This document shows, piece by piece, positions 13,868 to 26,089 of a stretch of DNA of 64,000 nucleotides. The first letter of the stretch is position 1, and every line of letters starts with the position of its first letter. The stretch lies in assembly GCA_950097015.1 (NCBI GenBank), contig CATNEN010000038.1, positions 8,246,001-8,310,000 of the forward strand, written 5' to 3'. The DNA is from Macrostomum hystrix. Taxonomy: Eukaryota; Animalia; Platyhelminthes. The notes beneath the pieces are model-generated. The model saw nothing but the letters and a program-made list of their open reading frames with translations, had not been told where the DNA came from and ran no database searches. The translations under genes were made by a program, and so were the position numbers.

Positions 13868-14825
13868 TTTTAGCCAAGTAGCCATTGTAGCCAAGTAGCC
13901 ACTGTAGCCAAGTAGCCACTGTAGCCAAGTAGCCATTGTAGCCAAGTAGCCACTGTAGCCAAGTAGCCATTGTAGCCAAGTAGCCACTGTAACCAAGTAG
14001 GCATTGTAGCCAAGTAGCCATTGTAGCCAAGTAGGCACTGTAGCCAAGTAGCCACTGTAGCCAAGTAGCCACTGTAGCCAAGTAGCCACTGTAGCCAAGT
14101 AGCCATAGTAGCCAAGTAGCCACTGTAGCCAAGTAGGCACTGTAGCCAAGTAGCCACTGTAGCCAAGTAGCCATAGTAGCCAAGTAGCCATAGTAGCCAA
14201 GTAGCCACGTAGCCAAGTAGCAAAGTAGCCATTTTAGCCAAGTAGCCACTGTAGCCAAGTAGCCACTGTAGCCAAGTAGGCACTGTAGCCAAGTAGCCAT
14301 TGTAGCCAAGTAGCCACTGTAGCCAAGTAGCCACTGTAGCCAAGTAGGCACTGTAGCCAAGTAGCCATTGTAGCCAAGTAGCCACTGTAGCCAAGTAGCC
14401 ACTGTAGCCAAGTAGCCACTGTAGCCAAGTAGCCACTGAAGCCAAGTAGCCACTGTAGCCAAGTAGCCATTGTAGCCAAGTAGCCATTGTAGCCAAGTAG
14501 CCATAGTAGCCAAGTAGCCATTGTTGCCAAGTAGCCACTGTAGCCAAGTAGGCACTGTAGCCAAGTAGCCATTGTAGCCAAGTAGCCACTGTAGCCAAGT
14601 AGCCACTGTAGCCAAGTAGGCACTGTAGCCAAGTAGCCATTGTAGCCAAGTAGCCACTGTAGCCAAGTAGCCACTGTAGCCAAGTAGCCACTGTAGCCAA
14701 GTAGCCACTGAAGCCAAGTAGCCACTGTAGCCAAGTAGCCATTGTAGCCAAGTAGCCATTGTAGCCAAGTAGCCATAGTAGCCAAGTAGCCATTGTTGCC
14801 AAGTAGCCATTGTTGCCAAGTAGTC
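13868..14825. repeat. 17-bp minisatellite (GTAGCCAAGTAGCCACT)n, probably in a 3' UTR intron of the lectin-Ig gene
   Basis: About 55 copies. A short copy of the same motif lies at 15438-15480 in another intron. A GTGAGT donor follows the stop codon at 14910. Confidence 0.95.
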
Positions 14826-14909
14826 ATCGAGATTAATGGATAAGCAACGTGGCATTGCAGTCGGACAGGACTGTCCCTGTTTGCTCGCTGAAGTGACTCG
14901 TTGACTCAC

Positions 14910-17900
14910 CTAATTAGCAGGATGAGACACCTCAGGTGACACTTTCGATTCCTCCTGAATGCCTGAGCTTAGGTTGAGCCCGGCTGCTGAAGGCTCAGTT
15001 GAAGGCACTCGGAGCTGCAATGGAAAGGTTCAGAGCCGTCAGCTGCTGAAGGGCACGATCGCCACATTTTCATGTACTGACCTTCGAGATGAGCAGAAAG
15101 CATGCAGCGCAGACGACTGACACAACAACCAAAAACAGGATGGCTGAGACAACAATCGTGAAAGTCGTGAGCCCAGTCCCAGGGCAGACGAGTCGAGCTA
15201 TGGTGTAAACAGGTGAGCCGAAAGTCATGTTCTCAGGGAGGTTCTGTGCCGCACTGCAGTTGACAAAGACTTCGCTCCTGCTCATGTCATGCTCAACACC
15301 GCTGTCGAGCGACCACGTGCTAAGGATGCTCCTGTTGTCTGACACCTGCAGTTTCATATATTACAGGGTGTTGCAACCAAGTCTTTCAAGAATCATACGG
15401 AATGCAACTCACCAGTGAAAGCCGAGAGACATGTTCTGTAGCCAAGTAGCCATTGTGGCCAAGTAGCCACTGTAGCCATTGTTTCATTTGAGAGAATTTT
15501 TTTTCCTTGACTTGAAAATTGCACTTGTGCTCAGGCATTGGGTGAGAAGCCGATGATCTGAACTGTACCGTCATTCTTGTCATGCTTTTGCAGAATTCCA
15601 GGAATTTTATCGATAGACTCGATGGCGGGTCTGGCGGGAATTTTGAGGTGCTTTCATAAATTGCAGCTGACATATTTATTATGAGGAGCAAATATTAGAA
15701 AAATTCAGGATGCTCACTCACACAGCACATTGACTGGGGTCTGCGTCTGCACAGAGCCAAGGCTGCAAGAGTAGTTTCCTGAGTGCTCAGGGAGTGCTCG
15801 AACCACTGCAGTCTTGTGATTTTTAATGCAGTTACCGTTCGGAAGGCAGAGCTGGAGCCCGCTTGAGTATGAGCACAGCATTGAGCTGTTGCAGTGCAGC
15901 TCGCAGCTCACAGAGAACCTCGAGTTGACGGCCACAAACTGATCCGCGGTGGCCGCTGAAAAATATTCTGACCAGCTTGTATGATAAACAGATAAACCAA
16001 TAGCGATCGAATGCATTTCATGTGACTGTAGTCTCTGTGACGAGTTAATGGTACAGATGCACTTAAAGGCATTGGAATCTATTATCTATTATCGTTGATG
16101 TGAAGTGAGTTTATCAACGAGTTCATGAATTCCATGAGTCATGGTTGACGGTCAAATCGGCTATTGGCGTTTCAATTGACTTGGCTTTTTGCCAGCATCC
16201 CCGTGGGCATTGTGTCAGTTGAGTTTTGTGCTGTGGGCATTGTGTCAGTTGAGTTTTGTGCTGTGGGCATTTTGTCAGTTGAGTTTTGTGCTGTGGGCAT
16301 TGTGTCAGTTGAGTTTTGTGCTGTGGGCATTGTGTCAGTTGAGTTTTGTGCTGTGGGCATTGTGTCAGGTGAGGTTTTGTGCTGTGGGCATTGTGTCAGT
16401 TGAGGTTTTGTGCTGTGGGCATTGTGTCAGTCCGCTAGAGTTGAAGCACATCTGTGAGTTGTTACAGTGCAGCTCGCAGCTCACAGAGAACCTCGACTTG
16501 AGGGCCACCACCTGATCTACCGAAACCGCTGGAATATAAGTTACCATTGAAATTTCAAGCTCAACTCGTGCACTTCCTGCTTGAGAAATTACTTTACAAT
16601 TGAACTTACTCAGCACACTGACAGTGGATGTTTTTGCAACCGATCCGAATCTGCACATGTAGTCCCCTGAGTTCTCAGGCTGAGCACTGCCAATGTGCAG
16701 CTCATGGCCATTTATGCAGCTGCCGTTGGGAGAGCACAGCTGCAGCTCGCTTGAGCTCGAGTTGAGTTTTACTCCATCGCTGCAGTACAGCAAGCAGCTC
16801 ACACTGAACTTTGAGTTCTGAGGCACCAGCTGAGGCGCTGAGGATTCTGGAGATTTACAAATCATCCAATCGACATTGCTAAATCAAGGAAGTTTTAGAA
16901 TTTCCCTTTCACAACAATAGGTCCATAATAAAAGACCCGAACTCACTCAGATGCATAATCTGAAGTCTGAGATCTGCGAAGCTCATGTAGTCATCAATAT
17001 AAGGTGGCACAGAAATGTTCCTTCGCAGCAGCAAGTACCTCACCTGGAGTTCAGATGAAATCTCAGTGGGATCCAGAACTCATCAGAGCACAACTCAAGG
17101 CACAGAGCAGGTCTCACCTCCGCTAAGCAGTTCACCGTGAAGTTCTCACCAGCCTCGATACGCGCCTGCTTGCTCACCGTCAGGCCGCACCGTCTCCAGA
17201 GATGCTGAGACTCTCTGAACTGGCTGCTCATGTTTCTTGAGCTGCAGTGATCACCGGAGAACAGCTGACTGCTGCTGCTCGATGTCCAGATCTCGATGTC
17301 TCTGGCTCTCGGGTAGAATGTTGTAACGCCATCTAAAAGTGAGTACTTCACGACTAAGCAGTGGAAGCTGATGTGCATGGAAAAACTTGAGCAGTGACTC
17401 ACCCTCTCTGCCCTTTACAGTAACTGATCTGATGAGCACTGACTCATTCAGCTGCACTGCGAACCAATGAAATCCTCCGTCTGCATAGCTTCTGCTTTCG
17501 CTGAAGAAGAACGCGTAGCTGGGGTAATGTTTATTCCTTTCAATACTTTTCTCTTCGGCGTCGCTTCTGGCGTTAAAGCAGGACGTTACTCTGCCGATCG
17601 TCTTGAAGGACGACTGCCAGGAGTTGAGCACTCGGCTCCTGCGAATCGGCAACTCACAGGCTGCAGTTGCCATGGAAACTTGCAATTCAGAAAATAACTC
17701 GAGCAATTCTCTATTATTCCTTATTGTGTTTAAATTGGCTATCAGCCTTTATACTTTAACCAATTTTCCCTGGCTAACTTCTGCATTGTGCTATTTTTTA
17801 TCGTTTGTCTAATTTGTCCGAGCTACGATTTGATGCGCAAAAATGTCTCGCTTTCAGGCCCTTATTATTCTTTGAAAGTTATAAACAAAGTAGAAAATCT

Positions 17901-20900
17901 GCTCACAGAGCACGGTGACTGAGATCTGCTTGCTGAAAGAGCCAAGTCTGCATGAGTAATTTCCTGAGTGCTCAGGAAGTGCTTGAGCCGCTGCAATATT
18001 GTAATCTTTAATGCAGGTACCGTTCGGAAGGCAGAGCTGGAGCCCTCTTGAGCACAGCATTGAGCTGTTGCAGTGAAGCTCGCAGCTCACATTGAAACTC
18101 GAGTTGATGGTCACAACCTGATCCTCGGAGGCCGCTGAAAAAATGTTTTGACCAGCTTGTATGATAAACAGATAAACAAATAGCGATCGTATGCATTTCA
18201 TGTGACTGAAGTCTCTGTGACGAGGTAAAGGCAGGATAGGAATGAAGTATCGATTTTCGTTGATGAGGAGCTAATTTCTCAACGAGTTCATGAATTCCAT
18301 TAATCAGAATGATCGTTGAACTGGCTATTGGCGTTTCAATTGACTTTGGGGTTTTGCTACCCTTCCCTGTCTGTTTCGCTGTCTGCTTAACTTGGATTCT
18401 CCACAGTCAGTTCTGACTTCGCTCTAATTCTATCTAGTTCTCTACATTTTCCGGCTTCTGATTGGTCCGCCTCGCACTTTCTAGCCTCCTCTCTTACCCT
18501 CAGTCTCGCACTCTTTTGTTATCGCCACGCCAACCCCCTCTAGTTGCGAGATTGGTGAGCCAGTAAGGACCAAGGGGAAGCCGAAGCGAAGCGAGTACTT
18601 GGTACTTACGTATGCGAGAAATCTATATGATAAGATTGGGTAACAACTGCACACACTGAAAACGACGTTTTCTGAATTGTAAATGCCACCGTTTGAGAAT
18701 GAAGTGTTGTAAAGGGATGCGGTTTTCGCTAAAATGTGTAAAACACCTGGGCCTATTGGGCCAGGCATGCTTGGTTGTCACGGACGCGTTTTTTGGTTAC
18801 CATGGCAACGGAAAAGTGCACTTTTTCGAGTGGCTCGAAAATTGTGTTCTTAAAAAATAAGTATTGAGTATATGGTGCTGCCTAACGATCTATATGAGCT
18901 TAAGCGGGCATTTATAGGCTACAGTAATATGATAATTATTTTAAGTGCATTTGCTCTTTTGTACATGAGAAGGTGAAAAACGTGTTTTTTGAGGTGCAAA
19001 AAAGTACATTTTTTCAAAAGTTTGGCAGGAAGCAGCTCAAAGGCAGCTCAAAAGCTGCTGAACTGTTTGCAGGACATCTGGGGCTGTCTGATGAAGGCAA
19101 GCATTTTATCAGGTATGCACCTTTAGTACAAAAGTACACGTGTACTTTAAAAGTGCCTTTTGTATAGGTGCACTTTGAGGCCCTACTAAGTAAGGAAGCA
19201 ATGCATTTTCTGCTTGGTTTTGCATGTTTTTAGAATCAACTGGATGTCCTCTAAATTGCTGCGTTGGTTTCGGCTTGTTTAAGTGCACTGCTTTAAATAT
19301 GCCCGGCTTTAATGTTCAAAAACGTGTTTTTGGTCATTTTTGGTCATTGTTTGACTCATAAAAGGAGCCCTAACAATTGTGCGTTTTATGGTGCTGCTTA
19401 GCCGCCTGTTTGCCATTGTTGCCAACATATTCATTAACGATTCCGTAAATTATCAAGTTTTCATGACATGCTGGTTGTGAGCTAGGCTGCTAAAACCTTC
19501 ATTTTTTTCACCTATACAAATTTTTAAAAGGGCTTTTTGCAAAGCCCTTTCCATTTCATTTCCATTTCCATTTCAAGAAGAAGGAAACCAAATACTCGTA
19601 CAATACACAACAAGTGAAAAATTATACAAATTTAGGTTAGGGTTCGTCTTCGAAAGTACCTATGGAAAAGCTTGCATTCGCTCGGCTTCCCCTTGGTCCT
19701 TGCTGGCTCACCCATCTCGCAATGAAGATTGTATCTTCATAACTATAGCCTAGTCTGTCCAACTTAACCAGGCGTATATTCGAGTCGTATATAGCCAAGG
19801 GCACAGAGCCCTGTCACTTTCGCTTCTCTTCTCTTCATTGGCAACCGGCAGGCCAGCTTAAAAAATTATTACTTCTCTTAATTTCTCGACAACTCCTTCC
19901 AAGCATTTCTGAAAATAACTCGAGCAATTCTCTATAATTCCTTATTGTGTTTAAATTGGCTTTCAGCCTTTATACTTTAACCAATTTTCCCTGGCTAACT
20001 TCTGCATTGTGCTATTTTTTTCCGTTTTCAAATTTTTCGAGCTATGATTCGAAGGGTAAAAAATTCCCACTTTCAGGCCCTTACAATACTTTAAAAAGTT
20101 ATAAACAAAGTAGAAAATCTGCTCACAGAGCACGGCGACTGAGGTCTTCTTGCTGACAGAGCCAAGTCTGCAAGAGTAATTTCCAGAGTGATCAGGCAGA
20201 GCTTGAGCCACTGCAATCTTGTGTTCTGCAATGCAGTTACCGTTCGGTAGGCAGAGCTGGAGCCCTGTTGAGTTTGAGCACAGCATTGAGTTGTTGCAGT
20301 GCAGCTCGCAGCTCACAGAGAACCTAGACTTGAGGGCCACCACCTGATCTGCCGAAACCGCTGGAATATAAGTTACCATTGAAATTTCAAGCTCAACTCG
20401 TGCACTTCCTGCTTGAGAAATTACTTTACAATTGAACTTACTCAGCACACTGACAGTGGATGTTTTTGCAACCGATCCGAATCTGCACATGTAGTCCCCT
20501 GAGTTCTCAGGCTGAGCACTGCCAATGTGCAGCTCATGGCCATTTATGCAGCTGCCGTTGGGAGAGCACAGCTGCAGCTCGCTTGAGCTCGAGTTGAGTT
20601 TTACTCCATCGCTGCAGTACAGCAAGCAGCTCACACTGAACTTTGAGTTCTGAGGCACCAGCTGAGGCGCTGAGGATTCTGGAGATTTACAAATCATCCA
20701 ATCGACATTGCTAAATCAAGGAAGTTTTAGAATTTCCCTTTCACAACAATAGGTCCATAATAAAAGACCCGAACTCACTCAGATGCATAATCTGAAGTCT
20801 GAGATCTGCGAAGCTCATGTACTCATCAGTATAAGGTGACACAGAAATGTTCCTTCGCAGCAGCAAGTACCTCACCTGGAGTTCAGATGAAATCTCAGTG

Positions 20901-21538
20901 GGATCCAGAACTCATCAGAGCACAACTCAAGGCACAGAGCAGGTCTCACCTCCGCTAAGCAGTTCACCGTGAAGTTCTCACCAGCCTCGATACGCGCCTG
21001 CTTGCTCACCGTCAGGCCGCACCGTCTCCAGAGATGCTGAGACTCTCTGAACTGGCTGCTCATGTTTCTTGAGCTGCAGTGATCACCGGAGAACAGCTGA
21101 CTGCTGCTGCTCGATGTCCAGATCTCGATGTCTCTGGCTCTCGGGTAGAATGTTGTAACGCCATCTAAAAGTGAGTACTTCACGACTAAGCAGTGGAAGC
21201 TGATGTGCATGGAAAAACTTGAGCAGTGACTCACCCTCTCTGCCCTTTACAGTAACTGATCTGATGAGCACTGACTCATTCAGCTGCACTGCGAACCAAT
21301 GAAATCCTCCGTCTGCATAGCTTCTGCTTTCGCTGAAGAAGAACGCGTAGCTGGGGTAATGTTTATTCCTTTCAATACTTTTCTCTTCGGCGTCGCTTCT
21401 GGCGTTAAAGCAGGACGTTACTCTGCCGATCGTCTTGAAGGACGACTGCCAGGAGTTGAGCACTCGGCTCCTGCGAATCGGCAACTCACAGGCTGCAGTT
21501 GCCATGGAAACTTGCAGTGCCAGGATCAGTAGAAGCAT
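14910..21538 (-). CDS. Type I membrane protein: signal peptide, [fucolectin/F5-8C-like domain + Ig-like domains] x2, transmembrane helix, short cytoplasmic tail
   Basis: ATG at 21538 (MLLLILALQVSMATAA). Exons 21235-21538, 20950-21164, 20779-20875, 20442-20678, 20127-20360, 17907-18134, 17403-17660/17678, 17118-17332, 16947-17043, 16610-16846, (16528 disrupted), 15722-15955, 15569-15666, 15082-15345, 14910-15014, with GT-AG sites in consistent phase. HWFAVQLNESVLIRSVTVKGR resembles the fucolectin/discoidin W-x-V-D-L...V-T-I-x-N-R. Ig motifs FSVSC...ENSGDYMC and HSGNYSC. TM helix FTIVVSAILFLVVVSVVCAACFLLI. Confidence 0.75.
16200..16432. repeat. 30/31-bp minisatellite replacing the 3' half of the duplicated Ig exon
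   Basis: (TGTGGGCATTGTGTCAGTTGAGTTTTGTGC)x~7.5. Homology to exon 20127-20360 stops at ~16432. Confidence 0.9.
18544..19722. mobile_element. Non-autonomous TIR DNA transposon (MITE-like, ~1.18 kb) in an intron
   Basis: ~50-bp imperfect inverted repeats TTGCGAGATTGGTGAGCCAGTAAGGACCAAGGGGAAGCCGA... / ...TCGGCTTCCCCTTGGTCCTTGCTGGCTCACCCATCTCGCAA. No TSD recognised. Confidence 0.6.
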
Positions 21539-22809
21539 GGCCTTGGCCAGTTTGAGAATTTCAAAATCAGTAAAAATTTGTGCTGTTGAAATCAATCCAG
21601 AATTTATAGCGGATTCACTATGACGTCCTATTGGAATGAATCGGCACCTGCGATATGATTTGATGATCCAGAGAGTAACTCTGTTCACAGCGAATCTAAT
21701 AAAGGCACAATCTGCTTTATCTCGAAGCTTGGACCATGTCGTGTTGCTGCTAATTCATTTGTCTGCAGTTGTTCTTTGTTGTTCTTTCTTTCTTCTTGTT
21801 TGATAATATAGCTTTCTTCAACTGGATCCTTTTTGGTTCTTTCTGCGTTCAAATTGGTGCGTGGCTGTCAGCAGTATGACGTGGCAGCGGTGTCGGGATG
21901 TACCATAGAAGACAGAATCAATTCGGTAAAAACTGCGAGCAATTTGGGTCACATGGGGGGCTAGCCGAGACGAAGAATGGCGCATAGGGACCTCAAGCTG
22001 CCGGATGGTCACCAGAGCTGACCATAGATTAAAAGCCATATCTGCCGAGAAATTTCGTGCTGTCTATGGGCGATAAAAGTTTCAGAGAAGCAGCGCCTTT
22101 CCTGCCGATCATGGTCAGCAACGCTGGCCAAGTTAGATAGCTCGTACTACGGCTAAATGTGTCTATATTGCATTCGTTTGCCTGCCACGAGTTTGCTTCG
22201 AGTGAATATGAGCAAAGGAATAAGCAAAATACAGACTGACTGATATGTAAAATGCTAGTAGTTTATTTTAACGAGAGAAAAAAAGACTTTTTGTAGCCAA
22301 ACGCATTGCAAGCATTAAATTCATTTTAGAATGAATATTGCTAGAAAAATTATAAAGAACCAAATAAGAGCACATGCTCAAAATTATCAAATTTGCCAGT
22401 GAGAGCAGCATAGCAATAAATAAGGGTGTTAGTGAAAATTCAGAAGAGATCTACAGTATACGACTATACTGACTGCCAGTGAACAATTTCATATAAAACA
22501 GAAACATGCAAGAAACTAAAGTTTGTTTTTGTATAGCAGTAGATTTGAGGGTAACAGGATACGCATTAACATTGGTTTAAAATTTGCGGAAAAAAACTTT
22601 CTGAAGTTAAGCTTAACGGAACATGGTAGCAAAACCCAGATGTGCAGTAACTTTCTGCGATGTCCAGTAACTTTTATGATCCAACCAAATACCGCTTTAT
22701 CTCGTAAAAATATAGAACAGCTTGCAACCGACAATAACTCAGACACATTCGAAACGCATCCTATGATGGTAGCTTTAGTTACTTAGTGATTCGCATGCCA
22801 CTCCTCGAA

Positions 22810-23953
22810 CAACAACAACAACAACAACAACAACAAAGTACGCTGTCAGGTGGAAAAGGCAGCGTCACAGTGCACGCTTCAGAGCCTGGGCGTGAACAAA
22901 GGCCGCACCGCCGGCAGTGTCCAGGGCGCCAGCATCGGCCAGCAGGCAGTCGACGAAACGCCGAGTTCGGGCCTGGCCGCGCCGGTAGGGTGCCTGCAGC
23001 GTTAGCAGCAGCACCTCCTGCACCGGCTGCGGGCAGTAGGACTCGGCGCGGATGATGTGGCCTGCAAGCTGGAGTCGCCGAAGTCGCAGCAGTTCACTCG
23101 GACGGGCCAGGCCGGCGCGACGATAGAGTGCCGCGTTAGTGATCCGCTCGTCGCTGATCTTAAAGGCGGCACGCAGCAGGCCAGCGTGCGCCGCGTTGAC
23201 TTGCTGTTCTAGCGAATCAGTCAGCGTCCACGTCTCGGCGTTGTACAACAGGACGGTCTCGACCACCGCCTGGAACAGCGCCGCCCTCTGGCGATCAGGT
23301 AGGGCCTCGGACTGCAGGACCGCCCTCACAGAACGAAAGGCAGCCCAAGCGTACCGGCGGCGACGCCGCAGATCTTCGCGGACGTCAGGTACCAGACCGC
23401 CGAGGTAGACGAACTGCTGACAGCGCGGAAGCTCCGTTACCTGCCCGTCAGCGCTTCGGCAGAAAATTGCGGCCTCGATGTCGCCCGGCACGCAGAGCAC
23501 AACGGTCTTCTTCGTGTTGACCAACAGGCCGACGCTCGCTGCAGCGCTAACCAGCTTATCCAGCTGGCGCTGGGCGTCCTCTACGGTCGAGGACAGCAGG
23601 GCGAGGTCATCGGCGTAGCCAAGCACGCTGAGCCGCTTCTCCGGTTGACGTCGACCCACGCGTCGCCGCAGTAGGAAGCCGTCTTCGTCGGTAGGAAGAG
23701 CAGTTCGTAGCACCCAGTCAAGCACCAGGACGAACAGGAACGGCGCTAGAGTGTCCCCCTGGAGCACCCCGGAGGATGTCTCGAAGGGGTCCGACAGGCC
23801 GTCCGGCGTCATCACAGCTGCTCTCGTAGCACAGTACAACGCCATGATGGCGGAGATCAGCTGTTCTGGCACATGGTACGCGCGGAGCACATGTGGGAGC
23901 GCAGCCCTCGCAACCGAGTCGAAAGCCTTCATGAAGGCTTCATGAAGGAATGA
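22810..23953 (-). mobile_element. 5'-truncated non-LTR retrotransposon (RTE-like LINE) with a (TTG)n tail and 10-bp TSD
   Basis: RT motifs KAFDSV, GVLQGDTLAPFLF, LGYADDL, FVYLG, LLYNAETWTLT. (CAA)n tail on + at 22810-22836. TSD ACTCCTCGAA at 22800-22809 and 23954-23963. Confidence 0.9.
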
Positions 23954-24607
23954 ACTCCTCGAAGCAGGGGCTAAGACAAAGTCCGGGGGCGCCTGGGCAC
24001 ACGGTGCAGCAGAAAACAGTGCGCTTTGCATTGCCCCTGCTGTAGCACACGCGGCAGCGCTTTGCCGGTCTTGGTGTGGAGTCGTTTGGGGGAAGCCTCG
24101 ATGGAAAGTGGCTTTCCTGCTGAGCAGCGACACCTGTCAGCATCCTGGGCGCTGCTCTCAGCCTGCCAGATCCAGTCGATTCCACCAAATGAACAATGCA
24201 TTGCTCCAGAAACTTTAAAAATGGTAAGCGTCCACCGTTCTTTTAATACAAAACCCATGCATTGTGTACGAGAAGCAGGCAGAGGTGCAATCCCAACTTG
24301 TGAAACCACTTATACGTTTTTCGACAGCTGTCGTACGGCTTCAGCATGGCGTTTAGTCGGTCAACACCTCCCATGCAGCGATTGAATAGCAAATTCGATG
24401 CGCTCTTCTGCACCGGCACCACTTTACCGCTCTTGCGAATTCGCAGTACCTGGGCTTTGTCAGCTGAGCCATGGGTGTCGAGCATGAGGATCGTCTTCAA
24501 GCCGCTCTCCTTCCGCTCTGAGATCTTCATGGCTAGCAGAGGATGCTTTCTCATGAAGACAACGTCGTTTACTGGCACCTGGCGTCCACGGAGCGACAAA
24601 GGCACTC

Positions 24608-24851
24608 TGTAACACACTAAAAGTGGGGGAACGAACCTCGCGCTGGCAGACCGAGACCGGTTTCTGGCTTGTTTGCCTTCGTCAGTCAGCCATAGCCACA
24701 CGCCGTCCTCTCCCACCACTCTTAGTGTGCACAGAAGTCTCTTTTAAGCTTGCCATTTTTATGGCGATACTTTTTTAGTGTTATGTGAGAGTTTTGCAGC
24801 CAAGTCTTTGCTTTTCTACTGTTGTCAGTAGTCTGAATTGTATCTCTCACA
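24608..24851. mobile_element. 244-bp solo LTR inside the piggyBac ORF
   Basis: TGT...ACA ends; 5-bp TSD CACTC at 24603-24607 and 24852-24856. Removing it restores ...FTGTVRADRG-VPLSLRG... Confidence 0.8.
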
Positions 24852-25669
24852 CACTCCACGGTCGGCTCGAACAGTTCCTGTGAAAAGTGTGCTGCGCTCG
24901 TACAGAACACTGACATGTCTGGCAGAGGCAAACCACTTGGTCCACGCAAACGTGGTAGCATAAATCAAGCAGATCCTTACACAGTTCAATTACTATTCTC
25001 TCGCTCAAAGACAGCTGATCGCAGCCGAGATGTTCACCAAAGCGGGAATTCTCTTCTGCAGTCGAGTGCACCAGAAAGCTGTATAAATATCCAGAAGTCG
25101 ATTCACAAGTGCAGTACAATTTTATACCAACTCGTGCTCTCTTTGATGGTAATAAGTACTGTCTGAACTGTAGCTTCCCTTATACAGAATGAGAGATTCA
25201 TCAACACTAAGTTGCTGCTCTGGCTGGTAAACGTTTCTGCAGAGCCACTGAGCCAATTGAATTAGTGGCCGAATTTTGTGCAGCGGATCATCCGTGACTG
25301 GTTCGCGTGCGTTGTAAAACCGAAGAAACGAGAGCAGCTGTTTGAATCTGTCACGTGTGAGGGCATATGGAGACTGGAAAAGCGGTGTGCAGTGAATGTC
25401 ACTGGTGCTCCAGTAATCGTGTAAATCCGGCTTTTGGGAGATTCCCATGAACAGGTGCATGCCCAGAAGCCTGGAGATCTCGTCACGGTTAGTACCTTCC
25501 ATGAATTTAGAACTGTCGGCATAAAAGATGTCTCTGACAAACATCTCTGAGAGTCAATGTCAATGTTTTCCGGATCGTCAGGAAGCTCAATGCTCGGGTT
25601 TATTCCAGAAATACCAACAAAGTTCATTCCACCGCCGCCAACATCAATGCCAGGCTCTACTTCTAGCCA

Positions 25670-25870
25670 CTCGTCTCCTTCTTCATCGATAGCGACATCT
25701 TCATCACTTTCCTGCAAATCGTCTCCTTCTTCATCGATAGCGACATCTTCATCACTTTCCTGCAAATCGTCTCCTTCTTCATTGATAGCGACATCTTCAT
25801 CACTTTCCTGCAAATCGTCTCCTTCATCGATAGCGACATCATCATCAATTTCCTGCAAATCGTTTCCTTC
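25670..25870. repeat. 45/48-bp coding repeat in the acidic piggyBac N-terminus (DDLQESDEDVAIDEEG)
   Basis: About 4 tandem copies. Confidence 0.85.
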
Positions 25871-26089
25871 TCCGTCCATAGCAGTTGTATATATGGATAT
25901 TTAGGGCTAGCCCTGCCGACCAAGTCGGCCGGGACGGAGTTTCTAATTTTCTGGCCTCAGAATGTCATGGTCACTGCCTACCACGTGCCGGGCCGTTACC
26001 AGCTGTTTGCGGATGCCGCGTTCCGGCTGCCGCCATGAGCTGCTTAATTTTTTGTTGCGCGCCTGGCTACGTACGACTGATCAGTCCAT

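Larger units (their letters stand above)
22783..25879 (-). pseudogene. Frameshifted piggyBac (PGBD4-like) transposase interrupted by two retroelement insertions
   Basis: Acidic N-terminus; LFMGI..KPDLHDYWST, TRDRFKQLLSFLRF, DPLHKIRPLI; catalytic SVDESLI, VD(K)WF and MGGVDRLNAM; C-terminal Cys-rich domain RCRVC...CCTVCPGAPGLCLSPCFEE|WHANH*. Several frameshifts. TTAA-flanked TIRs not found. Confidence 0.9.

Noticed and set aside
13857-14909. 350-aa and overlapping ATWLQWLLGY ORFs
   Set aside because: A 17-bp repeat gives the same peptide in all three frames, and it lies after the receptor stop codon.
22865-24133. 422-aa ORF as a complete reverse transcriptase gene
   Set aside because: Chimeric: the first ~60 aa are out-of-frame piggyBac sequence, and the RT is 5'-truncated at KAFDSV.
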